64,000 bases of DNA from Paraglaciecola sp. (lineage in GTDB: Bacteria > Pseudomonadota > Gammaproteobacteria > Enterobacterales > Alteromonadaceae), in NCBI RefSeq assembly GCF_039943935.1, contig NZ_JBDUZQ010000004.1, positions 36,657-100,656 of the forward strand, written 5' to 3'. The translations under genes and the position numbers were made by a program. Positions within the stretch are counted from its first letter, which is position 1; each line of letters starts with the position of its first letter. The notes below the pieces were generated by a model, which saw only the letters and a list, made by a program, of their open reading frames with translations, was not told the origin of the DNA and ran no database searches. Below are positions 28,760 to 36,295 of this stretch, piece by piece.

Positions 28760-29674
28760 ATGGCAAGTGATTTGGCGCTAGTACACCTTGGGTTTAAACA
28801 GGTAGAGAAGTTATCGCTTCAATATGGTGATTCGATACCTCATCAAGCGATTTCAGAAGGGTTCTTTTTTAATGGTGAGAAAGTTCTTTTAGATAATCGA
28901 GCTGTAGGCATTTTTAAACCCAGACAAATGTTTGAGTGTGCTATGAGTATTAAAACTACTATGCAGCGAGATGGCACTGAAGGTGTTTACAACGACCATC
29001 ATGACAGTGGCGATCACTACAAGTATGCGTTGCAGCGAGGTGATCCATACGGAGTCAATAATAAGTACCTTTGGGCTTCAATGAATACTGGAACCCCAGT
29101 CATTTACTTTCAAGCTATTGCTCCGGGTCGATATACAGCCATTTGGCCATGCTTCGTTAAAGAAATATTACCTGAAAAAGGCTACGCCTTAATTGTGGAG
29201 AGTAATAAAGTTACTTCTTCGATGCTGCCAGACCATAAGCATCAATTACCTACAGAAATCGAAAGCCGATATTGTGTCAGAGAAACAAAAGTGCGCATGC
29301 ATCAAGCGTCATTCAGACAAAATGTGCTAGATGCATACAGCGGCAAGTGCGCGATTACAGGTCTGCCAAACAAAAGCTTGCTAGAAGCTGCACATATCAT
29401 CCCAGATTTAGAGTTAGGTAAAATACAATACGTCAGTGACGGCATCGCCCTAAGCCGAATTCACCACAGAGCCTACGATCTAAATTTATTAGGCATTTCC
29501 CCAGATAACGAAATCCACATAAGTGATGAGTTAAAACAGGGTAAAGACAATAAGTTCATGCGAGACGTATTGCTAGAATTCGAAGGCCGAAAGTTAGTTA
29601 TGCCACGTTCGGCTGTTAACAGACCAGACAAAGAGAAATTAGCGGCTCGGTTTGAGGTATTTCTTGGGGGGTAG
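28760..29674 (+). CDS. HNH endonuclease (HNH_2 type) with distinct N-terminal domain; candidate modification-dependent nuclease
   Basis: HQASFRQNVLDAY, CAITG, LEAAHIIP and DGIALSRIHHRAYD. Confidence 0.85.
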   Translation: MASDLALVHLGFKQVEKLSLQYGDSIPHQAISEGFFFNGEKVLLDNRAVGIFKPRQMFECAMSIKTTMQRDGTEGVYNDHHDSGDHYKYALQRGDPYGVNNKYLWASMNTGTPVIYFQAIAPGRYTAIWPCFVKEILPEKGYALIVESNKVTSSMLPDHKHQLPTEIESRYCVRETKVRMHQASFRQNVLDAYSGKCAITGLPNKSLLEAAHIIPDLELGKIQYVSDGIALSRIHHRAYDLNLLGISPDNEIHISDELKQGKDNKFMRDVLLEFEGRKLVMPRSAVNRPDKEKLAARFEVFLGG

Positions 29675-29815
29675 TTTGGACACTGATATTCGATAAGTGA
29701 TGAAGCGATAATGCTTTCAGAGTGGTTATTGAAATGTGTGTTTCAATTGAAATTTTTAGCACGGACACCATTAATTTGTGTCATTTGATTAGGGCTTTTT
29801 ATAAGGGAGAGACAG

Positions 29816-31216
29816 ATGAAACATCTAGGACGAATTACTGCATCACCAGAGCAGTTAAAAATCATTAGTACTAATCAGTCTGGGGCTGAGTTAATTCGTG
29901 GTTCAGCAGGGAGCGGTAAGACTACAACTGCACTTCTTAGATTGACTTCTTTAACGAACATGATCCGAGCGAAAAAGGATCGGCTAGATGATGATAGTGC
30001 GGTTAAGGTATTATTATTAACATTTAACAGGACACTTGCGGGTTATGTCCGTGTGTTGGCCGAAGAGCAAATTAACGGTACAGGGCATCAAATAGAGATC
30101 AACACATTTGCTAAATGGTCACTAAGAAAACTCAATATCTCCACTATTCAACCTGAACCGGCTAGGGATCACCTGAGAGTGCTCTCTCGCCTATTTATTG
30201 GTCTTGACTCTTCTTATGTTATGCAAGAAGTTGAGTACTTACTGGGACGATTTGAACCTGAGCGCCTTGAAGACTATATTTCGATAGAGCGGACTGGCAG
30301 AGGAGTACTACCAAGGGTCAGTGGAGATCTGCGACGTCGTATTTTGGATGAAATTGTATATCCATATATTAAACATCTAAGTGATAAAAATTGGATTGAT
30401 TGGAACCTTTTAGCAATCAAAATGCGCCGAGAGGTAGATTGTCTTGAATATGACATCATAATTGTTGACGAAAGTCAGGACTTTTCAGCAAATGAAATTC
30501 GTACAATTCAACATCACCTTGCAGAAGATCATGCTTTAACCTTTGTAATTGATACTGCACAACGTATCTACGCTCGCGGATTCACTTGGGTTGAAGCTGG
30601 GATTACCGTTTCTGGGAAACGTTCCCACCGTCTTCAAGAAAATCACCGAAATACAAGAGAAATAGCTGCTTTTGCTTCTGGCATTTTGGAAGGGGTTGCT
30701 GTAGACACTGACGGAGTTATTCCCAACTTAACAGCTGCAACAAAATCAGGCCCCCTTCCTAAAGTTATTTCTGGTAAGTATTCAATTCAAATTGATTGGG
30801 CTATTAACTATATTCGAACCAGCGTAGACCTTAACACCGAAACAGTTGCGTTTTTAAAACCACAAGGCGGCGCTTGGTTCGATACAATTAGGGCCGAACT
30901 TACACAAGCAGGCATTGATTACGTAGACATGCAACGTAATCCAGATTGGCCTCAAGGAGATGAAAACGTTGCGATTTCGACTTTCCACTCTGCGAAAGGT
31001 TTGGAGTACGATCACGTTATTATTCTAGGGTTTAATCAAGAAAATACAGCTTTTGGCGACGAGGAAACAACAGACCAAATTCAGGTTCTTCGTCGACTTC
31101 TTGCTGTTGCTGTCGCTAGAGCTAGGAAACAAGTAATAGTTGGATATAAGTCTGGAGAAGAATCACGGCTGACTGAATTCTTTCAAGCAGGTACTTTTAA
31201 GGAAATTTCGCTTTGA
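29816..31216 (+). CDS. Compact UvrD-like superfamily 1 helicase
   Basis: Q-motif EQ, Walker A GSAGSGKTT, LTFNRTLA, Walker B DESQD, DTAQRIY, NHRNT, TFHSAKGLE and AVARARK. Confidence 0.92.
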   Translation: MKHLGRITASPEQLKIISTNQSGAELIRGSAGSGKTTTALLRLTSLTNMIRAKKDRLDDDSAVKVLLLTFNRTLAGYVRVLAEEQINGTGHQIEINTFAKWSLRKLNISTIQPEPARDHLRVLSRLFIGLDSSYVMQEVEYLLGRFEPERLEDYISIERTGRGVLPRVSGDLRRRILDEIVYPYIKHLSDKNWIDWNLLAIKMRREVDCLEYDIIIVDESQDFSANEIRTIQHHLAEDHALTFVIDTAQRIYARGFTWVEAGITVSGKRSHRLQENHRNTREIAAFASGILEGVAVDTDGVIPNLTAATKSGPLPKVISGKYSIQIDWAINYIRTSVDLNTETVAFLKPQGGAWFDTIRAELTQAGIDYVDMQRNPDWPQGDENVAISTFHSAKGLEYDHVIILGFNQENTAFGDEETTDQIQVLRRLLAVAVARARKQVIVGYKSGEESRLTEFFQAGTFKEISL

Positions 31217-31890
31217 GTTTACAAATTAAAATTGAGCAAAGAGGAATATCGGAAGTTCTACATTTTTCCACTAATAGGGGGGTTATAGGTGTATTGCACA
31301 GTAGGCACTTATTATCGCGCCCGCTTTTGAATGAAAATGCTTACCTTCGCCATGTTTTACAACTTAACGCTTCAGTTAGGCCAGAAGAATCGGAATATTT
31401 TGATAAATCGGAAGATTGGATCCGTTTCATTAATTTGTCAATTTCTGAGATCAATAAACGTTTTTTAGATGTATCACGAAAGTGGCATAACAATGTGGAT
31501 GTTTGGTGGTGCATTCTAGCATTTGATCCGCTCATCATGAAACATGACGGAGTGAGATTTGCTACAACTAATAATGGCTATGATCAATGTCGAAGAGGCC
31601 AAAGTGAAGAAGGATTTGACGCACTATTTGCGCCTACGATTCGTCGAAAGGCTAGTGGTTACAATGGACAGCCGTGGTCAGTTTCTAGGCAAAGACGGCC
31701 CAATAACTTAACAACTTGTGAGCAAGCCGAAGTCTTGTATCCCGAAAAGCTGAGCCTCGATTATCTAAGAACTGTGTATGTTGAAGAAGACGAACACCAT
31801 GATGTGGTCATGGGATGGTTAAGAGACTTTAACTACGATAATATCGACGTTGTAGTTAAACCTGAAAAATTCGTGGGGAGGCGTAATTGA
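31213..31890 (+). CDS. darT: DarT-family (DUF4433) DNA ADP-ribosyltransferase toxin, DarT1-like
   Basis: IEQRGISEVLHFS (H17), LLSR, INLSIS, WCILAFDP, FATTN, EGFDALF and TTCEQAEVL (catalytic E173) are collinear with DarT1 as I recall it. TTG start overlaps the helicase TGA. Confidence 0.85.
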   Translation: MSLQIKIEQRGISEVLHFSTNRGVIGVLHSRHLLSRPLLNENAYLRHVLQLNASVRPEESEYFDKSEDWIRFINLSISEINKRFLDVSRKWHNNVDVWWCILAFDPLIMKHDGVRFATTNNGYDQCRRGQSEEGFDALFAPTIRRKASGYNGQPWSVSRQRRPNNLTTCEQAEVLYPEKLSLDYLRTVYVEEDEHHDVVMGWLRDFNYDNIDVVVKPEKFVGRRN

Positions 31891-33596
31891 ATAATTATAT
31901 AAATGAAGCTCCTGTTGCCTCGTACACTGAGGCAGACTATGAGCGCTCGATTGTGAACTCATCTCTTTGGGCGGCCGCAGGTGATGCAATCGGCTGGATG
32001 ACAGAGCTTTCTGGTGGTGTCAATGGCGTAATGCACAGAACGGGTCATAAATTAGTAACAGAACCAGTGGACTGGCAGAGGCGCATCGGGGGGCGAACAG
32101 GAGTTAAAGTAGATTTGCCAGCTGGAACATATTCAGATGATACTCAACTCAGGCTTTGCGTCTCGCGTGCTATCCGTGGAAATGGCTCTTTTGATGTTGA
32201 AGCGTTTGCAAAAATTGAAGTAACCACATGGCAAGGATATTGTTTGGGGGCTGGGATCGGCTCCAAAGCAGCGGCTACTAATCTAACTAAGCGGGGCGTA
32301 AATTGGTTCTCTAATTTCTTTGATACCGATCACCAGAGATATATCACGGCTGGTGGTAATGGTGCCGCGATGAGAATTCAACCTCATGTATGGGCCGCGA
32401 ACGGAACACTTGATGAAATGATACTTCGTGTCATGCGTGATGCAATTGTAACGCATGGTCATCCCCATGGCTTTTGCGGAGCAGTTTTCCATGCTCTGTG
32501 TCTTTGGATCACATTGAGTAGTCGAAATATTCCATCACTGGATATCGCAAAGCAATTCATTTCCTATATGGATAAGTTACCAAGAATTTTGGAAAAAGAT
32601 AATGAACTCCATGCATTCTGGAAGCCTGCATGGGAAAGGGAATCAGGTGGAAGTCTTGTAGACGCTATACATATTTTCCAGAAAGAGGCGTTACATGATT
32701 TCTCGTTGGTTGAGGATGCGTTCAACACTTCACCGTCCCCAGATTACCACGATATTCTCAACCGGTTGGGTTGTTTAACTGATAAGTACCGTGGTTCTGG
32801 TTTCAAGACTGCATTTGCAGCCCTAGTACTATCAATATTGTACTCTTCAGAAAGAATTGAGGATGCTTTAACCCGTTCAGCAAATGAACTCGAAAGCGAC
32901 ACTGATACAATAGCAACGATGGCTGGGGCTATTTTAGGCTCTTTAGTGGAGTTTGAGCCGAATTGGCAAATTCAAGACATGGACTACCTTAAATCAGAAG
33001 CTCAACGGATGGTACTTATTGCAAAAGGTGTGCGTGCGTTGAGTTTTTCCTATCCCGACGTTTCTGTATGGGAACCGCCAATGAACCAATCAGATTCTGT
33101 TGTAATGAGGAAGGGAGCTTTAGCACTAAGAGGTATCGGAAATCTTGTCCCGTTAGGTAAAGAGTATAGCTCAGGAAGTTCGATTTGGCAGTGGTTTCAG
33201 CTACCTTTTGGACAGAGTGTGCTTGCGAAGCGACGATTTAATACTCGTTCATCTGTAAATGAAAACCAAATGCCAGGGGAGCCTTTGTTGTCAAAAATTA
33301 AAAGCGACTCTACGAGTATGAAGCACGAGCAAAATAGCTTTGAATTTACTGAGCATAAAGAAAACAATAATGAGTATCATAACCGCTGCCCCAATTTGAA
33401 TATATCTCGAGTTGAACCTTTTCCCGGTTTGGATGAAGCGACTAATGTTGTTATCGCATCTAATTTTGATAATGAAACAATTGGACGTGTTATAAATCAA
33501 TGTATTGAAGCAACAGGTAGTATTGAATTAACAGTTAGTCTGTCTGCGATTATTGCCAAGGCACGCCTAGCTCGACAAAGGAGAAAATCAAATTAA
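31887..33596 (+). CDS. ADP-ribosylglycohydrolase (DraG/ARH family) with long C-terminal extension
   Basis: AAGDAIG, YSDDTQ (D84, D85), GNGAAMR, THGHP and SDTDTIATMAGAILG (D338-T341). RBS ggggagg; TTG start overlaps the darT TGA. Confidence 0.92.
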   Translation: MNNYINEAPVASYTEADYERSIVNSSLWAAAGDAIGWMTELSGGVNGVMHRTGHKLVTEPVDWQRRIGGRTGVKVDLPAGTYSDDTQLRLCVSRAIRGNGSFDVEAFAKIEVTTWQGYCLGAGIGSKAAATNLTKRGVNWFSNFFDTDHQRYITAGGNGAAMRIQPHVWAANGTLDEMILRVMRDAIVTHGHPHGFCGAVFHALCLWITLSSRNIPSLDIAKQFISYMDKLPRILEKDNELHAFWKPAWERESGGSLVDAIHIFQKEALHDFSLVEDAFNTSPSPDYHDILNRLGCLTDKYRGSGFKTAFAALVLSILYSSERIEDALTRSANELESDTDTIATMAGAILGSLVEFEPNWQIQDMDYLKSEAQRMVLIAKGVRALSFSYPDVSVWEPPMNQSDSVVMRKGALALRGIGNLVPLGKEYSSGSSIWQWFQLPFGQSVLAKRRFNTRSSVNENQMPGEPLLSKIKSDSTSMKHEQNSFEFTEHKENNNEYHNRCPNLNISRVEPFPGLDEATNVVIASNFDNETIGRVINQCIEATGSIELTVSLSAIIAKARLARQRRKSN

Positions 33597-33976
33597 TCCG
33601 CAAACTACGGACAAACTATCGGAAACTATTGCGGTCAGAACAAAGTTAAATCAATATACAGGATAGCAACGATAACTATTGCCGTTCTAACGAAATAATT
33701 CTAATTTCTTGTGGCTCTGCCATTGCTTTTTCTGCATTTAAAGTTTCAGCTAATAATGGCTTATTCTTAGGGCCAGTGACAAGGGGGAGGTTGGTTGTTT
33801 TAGAAGCCGGCTTCGCCCAGTTGAATAGATCGAAAGGTAAGTCGAGATTGGGTGGCGTTTAACTTAGACGTATGATTGACTAGGTTAAAGCGTTCACATC
33901 GGGTAGGAAAAGTACATTCTGTAGCGAGCGACCTTTTTTGCTTGAATTCAAAGAACACACATGACAACCCTCAATA

Positions 33977-34870
33977 TTAAATCAAATTATCCGTTCGTAA
34001 CGTCTTTTGTTTTACCTGATGGGTTATACGTTTGATTTGTTCTTGGCAAAGTTGTTGACCATATAGTTTGGGGATTTGATGGCTTAGGGTTTTAGTTGCT
34101 ATAACAGGGAGTATTGGTTTCGATATTATTTTAACGAACCAACCGGGGATAGTGACAACTGGGCAAACGGCTATTTTCTCTCCTGTGGCTTCAGTTAACC
34201 AATTGGTTGCCCATTTAGCTTGTCTTGTGGCTTGTTCGATAATGTTTGTGTCAGTGTAGTTGGGGAAGTCTAGAATCTTGCCCTTTACATTAACTACATG
34301 TTCTTGGGATTTTTTGGCTGTGGTTTTAGAGTTTGTAGGTTTTCTTTTGCCTTTGGTTTCGATTGCGAATACGCCATTTGGGCCAACGACTAGATGATCT
34401 ATGTTGAATTTGTCACATTGAATGTCGTGGAATACTTTATATCCAGTGGCTTCAATATTATGTAACTCTGAGGAGACAAACCACTCTGCTTCTAAGCCGA
34501 GTCTTAAGTTGTTTCTACTTTTTGTGGTTCTTATTGTTTTAACCAAAATGTAGATAATCCCTATGACGTAAAAGGGTACTAGCAACCAAGGCATGACTTT
34601 TTCTATTCCTAAAAGCTTATATGCACCGACATAAATAAATGGCAAATTAAATAAGAAAGTTAACATAATTAGGTGCCCGAAAAGGTCGGCCGACTTATCA
34701 TTAAATTCTGACAGCACACTTTGGCCAGCGACTCTACGACTAACACTCACATCAAATGGGTAGCGTTTATTACGACCTGCAGCAGCTAAAGTAAGCTTGA
34801 TTACGCCAACAAAAATTAGCATCGGTAGTAAAACAGCTGCAGGCATTATTAATCCATCAAAAATATTCAA
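33977..34870 (-). CDS. NERD (nuclease-related domain) protein with N-terminal TM helices
   Basis: GLEAE, FHDI, NIDHLVVGPNGVFAIETK NERD signature; three hydrophobic segments precede it. Confidence 0.88.
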   Translation of the reverse strand: MNIFDGLIMPAAVLLPMLIFVGVIKLTLAAAGRNKRYPFDVSVSRRVAGQSVLSEFNDKSADLFGHLIMLTFLFNLPFIYVGAYKLLGIEKVMPWLLVPFYVIGIIYILVKTIRTTKSRNNLRLGLEAEWFVSSELHNIEATGYKVFHDIQCDKFNIDHLVVGPNGVFAIETKGKRKPTNSKTTAKKSQEHVVNVKGKILDFPNYTDTNIIEQATRQAKWATNWLTEATGEKIAVCPVVTIPGWFVKIISKPILPVIATKTLSHQIPKLYGQQLCQEQIKRITHQVKQKTLRTDNLI

Positions 34871-35116
34871 AGAGACTTATCCAAATGTATTTGTAGAATA
34901 CAAATGATACATAGAATTATACGCCGCCATAAATATCTCAATGTATAACAATATCTAGAAAACTATGCGCTTAAAATTGGTTGGAGTGCGGCTCAAACAA
35001 GTGACCTATAGAACCAGATTCTTTGACCTCCTCCTTTTCTAAATATAAAAATCCAAGCACACGCTCGTAATGTTTTTTGCCACAGGTGATGGCACTAAAA
35101 GTGGGTATATAAGCCC

Positions 35117-35305
35117 CTAGTCTTTGGACTTACGGAGGTTGTATTTATTCCAGAGAACAGACAAAGCCAACACAATGACAACGGCTAAAGCTAGCCCTAA
35201 CAAAGATGGGTATTCGTAGGCCTTAAATAATTGCAATATAGACAAACTCACAATGAAATAAATAGCTACAAGCCAAAAAGGGGGTTTCACTCTGGGGATT
35301 GCCAT
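35117..35305 (-). CDS. Small two-TM hypothetical protein
   Basis: 62-aa ORF with two hydrophobic helices and an RBS-like agga upstream. Confidence 0.55.
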   Translation of the reverse strand: MAIPRVKPPFWLVAIYFIVSLSILQLFKAYEYPSLLGLALAVVIVLALSVLWNKYNLRKSKD

Positions 35306-35338
35306 TTGATGGTTCCTAATCTGTGATGTGTTTAATGT

Positions 35339-35412
35339 AAATAACAGGTTTTGCTTGTTCTGATTTACCGTTTACTAATATTACCGCAATAACAAAGGCG
35401 TTGTAGTTAGAT
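35339..35412 (-). mobile_element. Possible degenerate attC site
   Basis: On the minus strand ATCTAAC (perfect RYYYAAC) ... GTTATTT, 74 bp, between two small same-strand ORFs; internal pairing only moderate. Confidence 0.3.
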
Positions 35413-35447
35413 TGAATGGCTTATAGCACTGACTTTCATTACCTAAA

Positions 35448-35840
35448 TCAAAGTACTACTTCTACATTACGAATTTTCTCACCCTTGTGAATACAGTGTA
35501 AGTCTTTGTTGCCCCATATCTTCACTTTTTTGCCATTCATGTAACTGGCGAGTAATAAATCAAACTGGGCTTTTTCTGCGGGATTAGTTAATAGCATTTG
35601 CCAATAGACTTTTTTGGGGCATAGTCCATTGGGTACGTCTGCTTCAAGGCGCACAATTACTCGCTGTGAGTCGGGTTTGCCGGTTGTGTCATTACTTACA
35701 AATAGTTTGGTGATTTTGCCTTCTTGAATTGCTTGACCTGCAGCGAAACTATTTGCAGTTAGTAACCCAAATACGATCACCATCACCACTTTGATCGCGT
35801 TGTTTTGTGTAAGGTTACCTTTAAACTTTGTAATACTCAT
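35448..35840 (-). CDS. Small secreted hypothetical protein
   Basis: Signal peptide ending SFA; beta-rich mature part with two cysteines. Confidence 0.7.
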   Translation of the reverse strand: MSITKFKGNLTQNNAIKVVMVIVFGLLTANSFAAGQAIQEGKITKLFVSNDTTGKPDSQRVIVRLEADVPNGLCPKKVYWQMLLTNPAEKAQFDLLLASYMNGKKVKIWGNKDLHCIHKGEKIRNVEVVL

Positions 35841-36082
35841 ATTGTTTGGCTCTTAATTTGTACTGCACATTATACAAATACCATAACTCACTTAGGGCGT
35901 TCTCACAAAATTCTGGCGAGTTCCACGTGTTATGGGCGCTGCTATTGGCCCTTTAGAACAATGGTTGAACAAAACACTTCATTGTTTTTTATCAAGGTTG
36001 AAAACGGCCGCTAGTAAAACTAGCTTGATAAATGTACACTTATCAAGTTATCTGCTTTTTTCCTTTCTAAAAACGAGTCAAC

Positions 36083-36295
36083 ATGCCTAATACGTCTAAT
36101 GAAGCTTGCTGTGATCACGGCGGTAAGCGCCCCGGTTGCGGTCGTAAACCTGGGGTGAAAACCCAAGCTATTCGCCTACCTGAATGGTTGCTTGAGCAAT
36201 TAAGCGACCAAGGAAACCCAAGACAATTGATTATCGACGCCTGCCTTGCACAGCATTCATGGTTACGTAATAAAGGCTCAGATAAACATGACTAA
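36083..36295 (+). CDS. Small putative DNA-binding protein (GGxRPGxGRKP leader)
   Basis: HGGKRPGCGRKPGVKTQAIRLP; its TAA overlaps the ABC transporter ATG at 36288. Confidence 0.55.
   Translation: MPNTSNEACCDHGGKRPGCGRKPGVKTQAIRLPEWLLEQLSDQGNPRQLIIDACLAQHSWLRNKGSDKHD

Noticed and set aside
31213-33596. Calling the pair a standard DarTG1 or DarTG2
   Set aside because: The downstream gene has ARH/DraG motifs and I see no NADAR or macrodomain signature in it or in any neighbour.
33600-33860. Short aaacta(c/t) direct repeats and a roughly 55-codon minus-strand open stretch (FDLFNWAKP...ELFR*)
   Set aside because: Repeats are too short and irregular; the open stretch has no start codon or recognisable homology, at most a gene remnant.
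25970-36000. attL/attR direct repeat of the tRNA-Ser 3' end bounding the island
   Set aside because: Only an inverted copy next to the tRNA was found; no downstream direct repeat seen by eye.
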